A stretch of DNA of 45,916 bases from Pseudomonadota bacterium. GTDB taxonomy: Bacteria; Desulfobacterota; QYQD01. Of this stretch, positions 1 to 8,441 are shown one piece after another (position 1 is the stretch's first letter; the number at the start of each line of letters is the position of its first letter). The notes under the pieces are model-generated. The model worked only from the letters and a program-made list of their open reading frames with translations. It was not told the origin of the DNA and did no database searches. The position numbers and the translations under genes were made by a program. The stretch covers positions 1 to 45,916 of the forward strand of contig DSAQ01000053.1 of the NCBI GenBank assembly GCA_011046395.1. Reading direction: 5' to 3'.

Positions 1-112
1 GTATTTCTTGTTCCATCACGATCTCTTTCTCTTGGTTTTTGTTGGGGAACTCTAACCATAGAAAGAGATCGTGATTTAATCAATTTTTAGACCATGTAAA
101 CACTTTTGAACG

Positions 113-532
113 TTACCAATATATTAGCAAATCCAACATAGTAATGTCTCCCACAATCTTGTTTTCCTTGTTCACAACAGCGATTTCCTTCACTCCAGCC
201 CTGATCATACGCTTGATTACATCTTCTACATCATCCTCTTCTGTAGCATTGATCATCCTGCGGCTCATGATGTCCTTGGCTGTCTCAGCAGTTATCATAG
301 ATATAATAGAACGAGGATGAATGGCCGGTTCAAAGCCATGGGAAAACAAATGCCTTATCAAAATACCTAGTGAAATTGTTCCTTCAAATTTGCCATCCTT
401 GTCCACGACGTAAACGAGGCGCGTATGGCAATGATCAAACATCTTTTGGACCACTCCCTCAATTGTCTCCCCTTCTTCAACCAAGGGGAGCGCTCTTTTG
501 CCCAGCTTATTGAGGATATCTCTAACTTTCAT
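113..532 (-). CDS. CBS domain (Bateman module) protein
   Basis: 139 aa with two CBS motifs (LVYVVDKDGKFEGTIS; IAVVNKENKIVGDITMLDLL). Overlaps the 3' end of the upstream antiporter, so probably co-transcribed. Confidence 0.9.
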   Translation of the reverse strand: MKVRDILNKLGKRALPLVEEGETIEGVVQKMFDHCHTRLVYVVDKDGKFEGTISLGILIRHLFSHGFEPAIHPRSIISMITAETAKDIMSRRMINATEEDDVEDVIKRMIRAGVKEIAVVNKENKIVGDITMLDLLIYW

Positions 533-1778
533 GACTTAACTCCTTGACGTCTTCCCCTGCCTTCTCAAGGGCGTATTTCACCAAGGGCGGTGCTATTAAT
601 TCATTTATAATCACTGATCCCAGTACAGCATTGACCATTATCTCAGACATCACCGGATTCTTTATCAGGGGCTGAGCCAAAAGAACAAGACCAATGGTTA
701 CCCCAGCCTTTGGAAGCAAACCAAAACCAAGATATTTTTTCACTGCCTCTGGGGTGTAAGAAAGATAGGCACCCAGCCTAGTCCCAAGAAGCTTGCCGGT
801 AAAGCGCCCCAGAATGATTATAAATGCCATCGGTCCGGCCAACTTGAAAACACCCAAATCGAAATGAGCCCCAGCCAGGGTAAAGAAGAGAACAAAGATA
901 GGTTCTTCAATGCCTTCCAAAGAATGAAAAAGCTCCGGGCTATGTTTTCCCATATTGATTACCAAAAAGCCCATCATCATATTTGCCAACAGAAGAGAAA
1001 ACCCTAACCTCACTGCAATGCCAGTGCAGAAAAAGATAGAGCCTAGGATAATGACCAGAAGAGACTCTTTTGTTTTGACGTAGGCAACGATACGAGTTAA
1101 CAAAAATCCAAAGACTGCCCCCAAGCAGATAGCCCCAAGGATAGTGATTACTGGCCTGGCACCCACTTCATACAAAGAGATTGCACCAGTTCCTCGCCCC
1201 AGGGCAATCACTGCAGCACTGGCAAAGGCATAAAAAATTATGGCTATACCATCGTCAAGGGCCACTACTCCCAGCAGAGTAGTGGTTAAGGGCCCTTTGG
1301 CCCTACATTCGTGCACTATGGCCAGGACCGCGGCCGGAGCGGTCGCCGCAGAAATCGCCCCAATAATTAGTGCCATAGGTAAATAAGCCTCCCAGAAAAG
1401 TGCATGGGACATGGGCAATCCCATGACATAACGGCTTAGGCCAGCGACCAAGGCGGTGGTCAAAAAGAAGGCTCCCAAGGCCTGACTTATGGTTATCCAA
1501 AAGATACTCTTCCCCAGGAGTTTAAGTCTTGATAACTGTAAGCTGCCACCTATGGAATAGGCGATTACAGCCAGCGCTATGTCAGTAATAATTGCGAATC
1601 TATCTGTTACCAGTTCTCGCGGAATAATACTGAAAAGCGACGGGCTCAACAGTATCCCCGCCAGGATATATCCGGTTACCCTGGGGAATTTAAGACGATT
1701 GGCTATCCGTCCGCCGAAATATCCAGAGAGAAATATGATACCCAGGGCAGTGAGGGGTTCAATTTTATAATATTCCAT
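522..1778 (-). CDS. Cation:proton antiporter (CPA2 / Na_H_Exchanger family)
   Basis: 418 aa, about 12 hydrophobic segments; motifs PRVTGYILAGILL, ATAPAA, VALDD, GKLLG and LLPKAGV are typical of this family. Confidence 0.9.
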   Translation of the reverse strand: MEYYKIEPLTALGIIFLSGYFGGRIANRLKFPRVTGYILAGILLSPSLFSIIPRELVTDRFAIITDIALAVIAYSIGGSLQLSRLKLLGKSIFWITISQALGAFFLTTALVAGLSRYVMGLPMSHALFWEAYLPMALIIGAISAATAPAAVLAIVHECRAKGPLTTTLLGVVALDDGIAIIFYAFASAAVIALGRGTGAISLYEVGARPVITILGAICLGAVFGFLLTRIVAYVKTKESLLVIILGSIFFCTGIAVRLGFSLLLANMMMGFLVINMGKHSPELFHSLEGIEEPIFVLFFTLAGAHFDLGVFKLAGPMAFIIILGRFTGKLLGTRLGAYLSYTPEAVKKYLGFGLLPKAGVTIGLVLLAQPLIKNPVMSEIMVNAVLGSVIINELIAPPLVKYALEKAGEDVKELSHES

Positions 1779-1850
1779 ATGAACCTGCCGAAGTTTTGCT
1801 CGGCTTTCCGTTCCTTGCTAGAAAAATCGGTAGGCGGCTCATGGGTTGAA

Positions 1851-1926
1851 CATGCATAGCGAGCGAATACGATGTATTTTACCTTGCATACGGAGATTCC
1901 CCGCAGCTTGCTGCGGGGAGCTTCAA
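1851..1926 (+). mobile_element. IS200/IS605-type non-autonomous palindromic element (PATE-like), copy 1, left hairpin deleted
   Basis: Follows TGAA (1847-1850); starts CATGCATAGCGAGCG and ends GATTCCCCGCAGCTTGCTGCGGGGAGCTTCAA. Near-identical to the copies at 7218 and 38911, but lacks 34 nt between TAGCGAGCG direct repeats. Confidence 0.8.
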
Positions 1927-1953
1927 TGTTTTTGGTAACAAATCTACACCGGC

Positions 1954-2538
1954 TCAACCCTCACTGCAAGGAATACAGATAATCTTCCCGCCCTTTACCC
2001 GGGCGCGAGGCTCCATGACCTTTTCTCCACAGATTGCACAGCGCACGCCGGGATATATCTGCGCTTCGGGCGGGACGGGCATGGTCACATGCCTTATCTT
2101 CATCACTTCCTCAGGAGAAGCACTGAGGATAGCCTGAATTTTTCTGGCCTTACGACTCCGGATTCGCGACATAACCTCCTCGGTCTTTTCGCCCGCATGG
2201 AATCTCTCCCAGGCCGCTTTCTCTTCCGGTGTCTCCGGGTAATCGAAGTCTATAGAAAAACGGATTCCTTCACCAGTAGCCCGGCTGTAAAACGTATAAA
2301 CCTGTTTCCCGTAGTCTCTGTGGATGAGGTTCCCCTTGCCAAAGGTGCAGCCGGTCAATACCTGAATAGCATCTACAGCACAGGAATCATTTTCCACAAT
2401 AGCCACGAGTTCTTCATCTTTTGCCTTCCGGCCAAGTTGTTTAATCGCCTCCCTGGCCACCCTGTAACCATAGGCCACCCCCGGACAGATGTGACCGTGA
2501 AAGGCAACGATCCTTTTTAAATCATCGTCATATTCCAT
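1954..2538 (-). CDS. FmdE family protein (formylmethanofuran dehydrogenase subunit E-like) with C-terminal Zn finger
   Basis: FHGHICPG, ENDSCAVDAIQ..TGCTFGKGNL and CAICGE...CIPC motifs. Start moved to ATG 2538 (MEYDDD), which has a GGAGG Shine-Dalgarno upstream. Confidence 0.88.
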   Translation of the reverse strand: MEYDDDLKRIVAFHGHICPGVAYGYRVAREAIKQLGRKAKDEELVAIVENDSCAVDAIQVLTGCTFGKGNLIHRDYGKQVYTFYSRATGEGIRFSIDFDYPETPEEKAAWERFHAGEKTEEVMSRIRSRKARKIQAILSASPEEVMKIRHVTMPVPPEAQIYPGVRCAICGEKVMEPRARVKGGKIICIPCSEG

Positions 2539-2554
2539 CTGAAAATACCCTCCT

Positions 2555-2577
2555 GACAGGCGAGACGCCTGTCCTAC
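2555..2577 (-). repeat. GTAG-family REP palindrome
   Basis: Minus strand reads GTAG-GACAGGCG-TCT-CGCCTGTC: a GTAG tetranucleotide followed by an 8-bp stem, the architecture of RAYT-associated REPs. Confidence 0.6.
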
Positions 2578-2717
2578 TGCTAACGTTACCACCTATGGTA
2601 GTCCGCCGGAGGCGGATCAAGCCAAATCCAAATGACCAGGAACCCCAACATTTGAACTTCGGTACTTTGACATTCCTTTGGGCTTTGGGCTTCAGGCTTT
2701 CAGCCTTGAGCTTCTTT

Positions 2718-4058
2718 TTAGGTCGCTACCAGCTCTCCGACCAAATCATAAGGATGGGCCTCGGTGATCCGGACTGAAGCGATCTGGCCGATTTCCGTCT
2801 GACCGCTTGCGATATAAACCTGCCCGTCTATATCCGGGGCCTGAAAAACAGCCCGGCCCTTTAAGAGAAGTTCTGTTTCATCGCTCAGGCCTTCAACCAG
2901 TACCGGGATTATCTTCCCGACCCGGGAGCGGTTTATGGCCAGAGATATGGCCTGTTGCGCCTTGAGTATTTTTTTCTGCCGCTCCCTTTTTACCTTTTCC
3001 GGCAATTGGCCGGGCAACCGGCCGGCTACCGTCCCATCTTCCGCTGCATAGGGAAAAACCCCTACGTGCTCAAAGCGCGCCTCTTTGACAAGTCGCAGCA
3101 ATTTCTGGAATTCTTCCCCGGTCTCACCGGGAAATCCCGCTATAAGTGATGTGCGGAGCGCAGCCCCGGGTAATTTGCGGCGGATTTTTTCTATCAAGGC
3201 ATAGATATAATCCTGATCGTAAGGGCGGCGCATAAGTCTGAGGATGCGCGGACTTATATGCTGGATGGGAATATCGAGGTATGGGCATATCCGCGGCTCT
3301 GAGGCCATTAATTCCAGGAGTTCATTATCAATAGCAGTAGGATAGAGGTAAAGCAACCGAATCCAGTCTAAACCCGGAATAGTAAGCAGCTTCTTCAGCA
3401 GATCGGTCAGGCCTGTGCCGTCCCCAAGGTCACTGCCATAGGCACTTGTGTCCTGAGCAACCAAGATAAGTTCGCGCACCCCTTCTCCGGCCAGTCGCGA
3501 GGCCTCTGCAAAAACCGAGTCAACCGGACGGCTCCTTAATTTTCCTCTGAGACGCGGGATCAGGCAGAAGCTGCAGCGATGGCCACATCCTTCAGCAATC
3601 TTCAGATAAGCAGTATAAAAAGGCGTGGTGCGTCTCCGCGGGGTATATTCATCCATAATAAAACAGGATCTGCGCGGTAAGGAGAGCGGCTGAACCAGGC
3701 CATCTTTGAGACTGCGCAGCACCTCTCCTATATTCTGGAAACCATCTGTACCGATAAAGACGTCAACTTCAGGAAGGAGTTTTATCAGTTCCTTGCCATA
3801 GCGCTGAGGGAAGCAGCCGGTTACGACCAGGTATCTTAAGCTGCCTCTCTTCTTGTTCTCAGCAAGGGCCAAAATAGTTCCGATGGATTCTTCCACGGCC
3901 GGCTGGATGAAGGCGCACGTATTTATAATTATGACCCCGGCCTCTTTCTCCCTGGAGGTAATCTCATAGCCGGCGGCTATCAGCACGCCCAGCATGACCT
4001 CGCTGTCCACCAGGTTTTTGGGACAGCCGAGACTGGTTATGAAAACTGACTCAGGCAT
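2718..4058 (-). CDS. rimO: Ribosomal protein S12 methylthiotransferase RimO
   Basis: SLGCPKNLVDSE N-terminus, radical-SAM CxxxCxxC (CGHRCSFC), C-terminal TRAM domain with APDIDG. Confidence 0.93.
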   Translation of the reverse strand: MPESVFITSLGCPKNLVDSEVMLGVLIAAGYEITSREKEAGVIIINTCAFIQPAVEESIGTILALAENKKRGSLRYLVVTGCFPQRYGKELIKLLPEVDVFIGTDGFQNIGEVLRSLKDGLVQPLSLPRRSCFIMDEYTPRRRTTPFYTAYLKIAEGCGHRCSFCLIPRLRGKLRSRPVDSVFAEASRLAGEGVRELILVAQDTSAYGSDLGDGTGLTDLLKKLLTIPGLDWIRLLYLYPTAIDNELLELMASEPRICPYLDIPIQHISPRILRLMRRPYDQDYIYALIEKIRRKLPGAALRTSLIAGFPGETGEEFQKLLRLVKEARFEHVGVFPYAAEDGTVAGRLPGQLPEKVKRERQKKILKAQQAISLAINRSRVGKIIPVLVEGLSDETELLLKGRAVFQAPDIDGQVYIASGQTEIGQIASVRITEAHPYDLVGELVAT

Positions 4059-4063
4059 CGGTA

Positions 4064-5029
4064 TTAGTAAAATACAGGGGCAAAGGAGTGAACAGTCTTT
4101 TGATCAATGGTCTGGAACATAATGTAGGCATAGGAGACTATGATAGCCACGGCTGCCAGCACAAAATAAGGCGCTGTCTTCTCCTGTATTCCAATACTCC
4201 CCTCTTCCCACCCTTTATTCTCCCGTAATAAGGAGATGAAATTATATATGACATAACATTCTACTGCAAAAGGCGGGAACCCGAGATAGCCGGCAATGGG
4301 CATCTCAAACACTTTAAACTGTTCCACAAAGGGCACGGTATATACCCACTTGCTCCCGGCCCAGAAATTCCACAGCTCCCAGAATACGCCGCAGATGAAT
4401 CCAGCCGTAAGCAGGAGAGAGAATTTGCGGAGAGAGCCTTGCTGCCAGTCGCGCATTAACGACCGGCCGCCAAAGTGATGATTTATCGGCTCCAGAAGAA
4501 AAACGAAACAGCCCCAGACCAACGGGAAAAAGTATTGCGGCCAGATGACCGGCAGGATGAAAAAGGCCAGGCCTAAAAGTATAAACGGGCCATACCAACT
4601 TTTGGTCGGAGAAAGTGGCCGAATGTGCCTCTTCTTGTAGAGACCGGCTGCCTCCAGAAACTCTGTGGTTTCAAAAAGGCCAGGCAGTACCGTACCATAG
4701 GCTACAAAATAACCCAGCCAGCGCAGCCAGCGGATATCTATTATCCTGACATAATACCAGTTTTTGATATAAATGTTAAAGGCCTCGAAGATGAGCCAGA
4801 TAAAGACTGACCAGGGAACAAGTAAAAGAAACTCGCCAGTACGATCTACGAGAAGGGAATTCCCCTTATATCGATAAACCAGGCCATCGATCAGCAGGAT
4901 GTACGGCCACCAGGCAAAGATGTAAAAAAGCGAATAGACTGGCTCAGTCCTGGAAATAAGCAACATAGAGGAAACAGCCAGAATTATCAATCCCAGGTAG
5001 GCGTGTGCAGGCAATTTAGCCGTAGCCAT
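4064..5029 (-). CDS. Conserved integral membrane protein of unknown function
   Basis: 321 aa, 8-9 TM segments; two related segments (FEAFNIYIKNWYY and WELWNFWAGSKWVY...FEMPIAGYLGFPPF). Ends 5 nt before rimO. Confidence 0.75.
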   Translation of the reverse strand: MATAKLPAHAYLGLIILAVSSMLLISRTEPVYSLFYIFAWWPYILLIDGLVYRYKGNSLLVDRTGEFLLLVPWSVFIWLIFEAFNIYIKNWYYVRIIDIRWLRWLGYFVAYGTVLPGLFETTEFLEAAGLYKKRHIRPLSPTKSWYGPFILLGLAFFILPVIWPQYFFPLVWGCFVFLLEPINHHFGGRSLMRDWQQGSLRKFSLLLTAGFICGVFWELWNFWAGSKWVYTVPFVEQFKVFEMPIAGYLGFPPFAVECYVIYNFISLLRENKGWEEGSIGIQEKTAPYFVLAAVAIIVSYAYIMFQTIDQKTVHSFAPVFY

Positions 5030-5145
5030 GATTTTCCCTTATGTTTTTATGTTTATCTCACCGACCGCAGACTGTCAACGTTTTTGACTAAAAGCGTCAA
5101 AGGCCATGTTGAATGTCTCTCGCTTTTACAGTATATTGCCATATC

Positions 5146-5384
5146 GTAACTACTCAGGTTCAAAGTTCCAAGGTTCACGGTTCAAAGTTAGAGAGCGAAG
5201 AATGCGGAGTTTATCCGGTTTTTGCAACCTGTCTGCCGACAGGCAGGTACGCCAAGCGGTCTTGCACGGAAGTCCAGAGCGAACTCTATGTCGCCTTGGA
5301 TAAAGAGAATGGTTCACCGTGCACCGTTCTGTGTTTTGTTAACCCTGAACCCTGAACTTTGAACCTGACAACCTGAGTAGTTAC
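5146..5384. mobile_element. MITE with GTAACTACTCAGGTT terminal inverted repeats and 8-bp target duplication
   Basis: Perfect 15-bp TIRs at 5146-5160 and 5370-5384; flanks GCCATATC (5138-5145) and GACATATC (5385-5392), 7/8 identical; heptamer arrays inside both ends. Confidence 0.85.
5201..5307 (+). pseudogene. Internal fragment of a four-helix-bundle (23S rRNA IVS / Avd-like, TIGR02436-type) gene, interrupted by a 20-bp palindrome
   Basis: Removing CCTGTCTGCCGACAGGCAGG (5228-5247) restores the frame NAEFIRFLQ-YAKRSCTEVQSELYVALDKE, the recognisable core of that family. Confidence 0.75.
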
Positions 5385-5476
5385 GACATATCAAAATATT
5401 AGGCGTTCCTTACTGAAAGCCGAGGGCTGATCGCTGAATGCTTAACCCATATTATCCTCTTTGGGGGCTCACATAG

Positions 5477-7216
5477 ATGAAGGTTATTCTGGCCAAGAAG
5501 GCGGGGTTTTGCATGGGCGTAAGAAGGGCCATGGATACTGTGCTGGCCGCGGTCAAAGAAAAATCCGCCGCAGGCGGACCTATATCCACTTTTGGCCCTC
5601 TTATTCACAACCAGCAGGTCCTGGATTTGCTGGCTGCTAAAGGCGTCTCCGTGGTCAGGAGCGTCGGTGAGATCAAAGGTGGCACGGTAGTCATTCGGGC
5701 CCATGGCATCCCTCCTCAGCAAAAAGAAGCTATCCTGCAGACCGGCGCACAGGTAATAGATGGCACCTGCCTGCGGGTTATAAAGGTTCAAACCATTATC
5801 CGCCGCTTTGCCCGCAGAGGATATCGAGTAATCATCGTTGGCGACCAAGGGCATCCGGAGGTATTGGGACTCCTTGGTTTTGCCGGAGGCCAGGGCCTCT
5901 TAATAAGCAGCAAGAGCGATATTGCCGGACTCCCCAAACTGGACAAATACATCGTTGTGGCCCAGACTACGCAGGATGAAAACCTTTTTAACGAGATCGC
6001 CTCGGAAATCACCTCAAAATATCCAGGGGGCCAGATATTTAATTCTATCTGTCATTCAACCCACGAACGGCAGGCCGAGGTTCTTGAACTCTGTAAAGAA
6101 GTTGAGGCCGTTGTTGTAGTGGGTGGCAAGGAAAGCGCAAATACAAAAAGACTGGCTCAAATTGCAGAAGAGGCCGGGTTAAAAGCCTACCATATCGAGA
6201 CAGAAAACGATTTGGATTTAAAAAAGATGTCTGGTTTCAGCCGGGTGGCCGTTACGGCCGGGGCATCGACCCCCAACTGGATAATCAACCGGGTTGTAAG
6301 CAAACTGGAAAGCGTAAAGGGTAAACAGGAAAGCACCCTTAAGGCTACGGCATATACATTCTTTCGCTTTCTTCTGGAAAGTAACCTTTATATCAGCCTC
6401 GGGGCAGGATTCCTCGCTTATGCCTCTCTCAAGTTACAGGGAATAAAAGGAACCTTACCATATTTATTCATTGCGGCCGCTTATATCTATGCCGTCCATA
6501 ATTTGAATCATTTTACAGACAAAGAAGCAGACGCCTTTTCCGAACCCGGACGGGCTGTATTCTTCGCTAAACATGAAAGACTTATCCTTTTATTATCTCT
6601 CCTGGCCGCTGCCTTTGCCCTTTCTCTATCTCACTCCCTGGGTCTATTTCCGTTTCTCTTCCTGTTTTTTATTTGCATCCTGGGGACATTGTACGGAGTT
6701 AAAATTATTCCCGATTTTTTAAGCCCTATTATTCCCCTCCGTCGATTGAAAGACATACCAGGATCCCGGACATTATTTATAGCCCTGGCCTGGGCGGCAG
6801 TTGCGGCTTTTTTGCCTGCCTGGAACTCAGGCCAGGGGTTCACGCCGGGCCTTATCGCGGCCTTCCTCTTTGTCCTTGCCTTTGTCTTCGTGCGTTCGGC
6901 GCTCCTGGAAGTATTTGATGTCCAGGCTGACCGTATGTTCGGACGAGAAACACTGCCTATTTTAATCGGAGAGAGGTCAACGCTTACCCTGCTGAAGGGA
7001 CTTATAGCCTTTATGGTTATCCTCCTCGCGGCTTCTTCCTTCCTCGGATATGTTACCACGGTCGGCCTCTGGCTGACCTTACCGGTGTTATCTATGGCCG
7101 GATGCATTGTCCTTTTCGAAAAGAACTACTTGCGACGGGGAGTAAAATTAGAATTCCTGATTGAAAATAACTTTGTTCTGGCCGGCCTGGTAAGCTATCT
7201 ATGGGCGCATTTCTGA
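5477..7216 (+). CDS. ispH: 4-hydroxy-3-methylbut-2-enyl diphosphate reductase IspH fused to a C-terminal UbiA-like prenyltransferase domain
   Basis: IspH motifs GFCMGV, PLIHN, IRAHG, DGTC, HPEV, AQTT, SIC, SANT, GASTP. The last ~290 aa are multi-TM with Asp-rich motifs NHFTDKEAD and EVFDVQAD...GRETLP. Confidence 0.9.
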   Translation: MKVILAKKAGFCMGVRRAMDTVLAAVKEKSAAGGPISTFGPLIHNQQVLDLLAAKGVSVVRSVGEIKGGTVVIRAHGIPPQQKEAILQTGAQVIDGTCLRVIKVQTIIRRFARRGYRVIIVGDQGHPEVLGLLGFAGGQGLLISSKSDIAGLPKLDKYIVVAQTTQDENLFNEIASEITSKYPGGQIFNSICHSTHERQAEVLELCKEVEAVVVVGGKESANTKRLAQIAEEAGLKAYHIETENDLDLKKMSGFSRVAVTAGASTPNWIINRVVSKLESVKGKQESTLKATAYTFFRFLLESNLYISLGAGFLAYASLKLQGIKGTLPYLFIAAAYIYAVHNLNHFTDKEADAFSEPGRAVFFAKHERLILLLSLLAAAFALSLSHSLGLFPFLFLFFICILGTLYGVKIIPDFLSPIIPLRRLKDIPGSRTLFIALAWAAVAAFLPAWNSGQGFTPGLIAAFLFVLAFVFVRSALLEVFDVQADRMFGRETLPILIGERSTLTLLKGLIAFMVILLAASSFLGYVTTVGLWLTLPVLSMAGCIVLFEKNYLRRGVKLEFLIENNFVLAGLVSYLWAHF

Positions 7217-7217
7217 A

Positions 7218-7327
7218 CATGCATAGCGAGCGCTAACCCCGCTGCTTGCAGCGGGGTTAGCGAGCGAATACGATGTATTTTACCTTGCATACGGAGATTC
7301 CCCGTAGCTTGCTGCGGGGAGCTTCAA
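7218..7327 (+). mobile_element. IS200/IS605-type non-autonomous palindromic element, copy 2
   Basis: Follows TGAA (7214-7217), which contains the ispH TGA stop. Two hairpins, CCCCGCTGC-TT-GCAGCGGGG and CCCCGTAGC-TT-GCTGCGGGG; ends TCAA. Confidence 0.82.
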
Positions 7328-7344
7328 TTGCTTACCGGATGCCT

Positions 7345-7363
7345 GACTTTTTACGAAGCCACC
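7345..7363 (-). repeat. Solitary end of the GATG..TCGTAAAAAGTC MITE family
   Basis: Reverse complement GGTGGCTTCGTAAAAAGTC matches the ends at 10502, 15295/15427 and 45803. Confidence 0.6.
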
Positions 7364-7364
7364 T

Positions 7365-7559
7365 TTAATGATACACTCCGGTTTCATTGTCGGATGACAG
7401 AAAATAATAGATCTGCAGCACATGTGTATAGCAGACCCGCTCTCTCCAATTAGCGCAGCGCTGCTTTATACTATCCCATTGGAAAAATACGCAATCGACA
7501 CAGGGGGATTCGCCTTCGGCTGTCTTAATCATCCGTTGTCCCTTAGCTACATCCATCAT
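7365..7559 (-). CDS. Small Cys-rich hypothetical protein
   Basis: 64 aa with CxxC...C...C; AGGTGA Shine-Dalgarno-like motif 7 nt upstream of the ATG. No recognised family. Confidence 0.4.
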   Translation of the reverse strand: MMDVAKGQRMIKTAEGESPCVDCVFFQWDSIKQRCANWRERVCYTHVLQIYYFLSSDNETGVYH

Positions 7560-7823
7560 GTCATATTCACCTGTTAAATGATATGCATCAAGGTATTCCG
7601 CAGTCTCTTATTTTTATTATCGGACAAGACGGTCCTCCCCTTGAAAATTTCAGTACAAGTTGACCAACTATTGCTTATATGAAGCAATTACTTTTATTTC
7701 TATAAAGAGTTCTTGCCTTGCCCTTTAAAAAATGATAGTTATTTTTTATTATTTATGTACGATTAAAATAATACCGATTTATTGAATTATATTTAATAAC
7801 ATAGGTAAAAAGGAGGAAGACAA

Positions 7824-8405
7824 ATGGCAAAGAGAAATTTGTACTATAGTCTGTCTTTTTTATTGGCAATAATAGCGATTTTTCTTATGTCTTGCTGTGC
7901 CAAGAGAGTCAGCGTCTCTGAAGAAGAAGCGGCTAAAACACCAGAGACCGTTGCGCCCGCACCAAAACCAGTAGAGACCGTTGCACCTAAACCCATGGTT
8001 GAAGAAGCTATGCCCACCACCGAGGCGCTTAAAGAAGAAGTCCTCGCGATGGCAGAGGGCCGAACCTCGGCTGGTCTGTTACCGGTTTACTTTGATTTTG
8101 ATAAGTATAATATGCGTAGTGACCAGACCTCAAGACTGGATCAGAATGCCAAATGGCTGAAGAAAAATCCTACGGCCAAAATACGCATCGAGGGTAATTG
8201 CGACGAAAGAGGCTCAAACGAATATAACCTGGCCCTGGGCGAGCGCAGGGCAAACAGCGTCCAAGAGTATTTAACAAACATGGGCATTGCTCCTGAGCGC
8301 ATAGAAACCCTAAGCTACGGGGAAGAAAGACCGCTTTGTTTTGAGCACGACGAAGAATGCTGGGGTAAAAATAGACGTGCTGACCTTGTCACGATAAGAA
8401 AATAG
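7824..8405 (+). CDS. pal: Peptidoglycan-associated lipoprotein (OmpA-like C-terminal domain)
   Basis: AGGAGG SD, signal peptide with lipobox-like Cys, Pro/Glu-rich linker, VYFDFDK, IEGNCDERGSNEYNLALGERRA, SYGEERP, NRRA. Confidence 0.93.
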   Translation: MAKRNLYYSLSFLLAIIAIFLMSCCAKRVSVSEEEAAKTPETVAPAPKPVETVAPKPMVEEAMPTTEALKEEVLAMAEGRTSAGLLPVYFDFDKYNMRSDQTSRLDQNAKWLKKNPTAKIRIEGNCDERGSNEYNLALGERRANSVQEYLTNMGIAPERIETLSYGEERPLCFEHDEECWGKNRRADLVTIRK

Positions 8406-8441
8406 CTGCATATTAAAAATAAGAAAGGATAAGAACAATAA

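Noticed and set aside
1703-1957. 84-aa ORF, and the similar 71-aa ORF at 38897-39112, both containing IEAPRSKL
   Set aside because: Antisense translations of the repeated palindromic element, not genes.
5201-5307. Diversity-generating retroelement suggested by the Avd-like fragment
   Set aside because: No DGR reverse transcriptase and no template/variable repeat pair with A-specific mismatches seen in the window.
5106-5355. 65-aa and 80-aa ORFs in the ispH upstream region
   Set aside because: Read-throughs of the MITE; only the internal four-helix-bundle fragment is meaningful.
7941-7995. Short duplication in pal (ETVAP..KP twice)
   Set aside because: Ordinary low-complexity linker.
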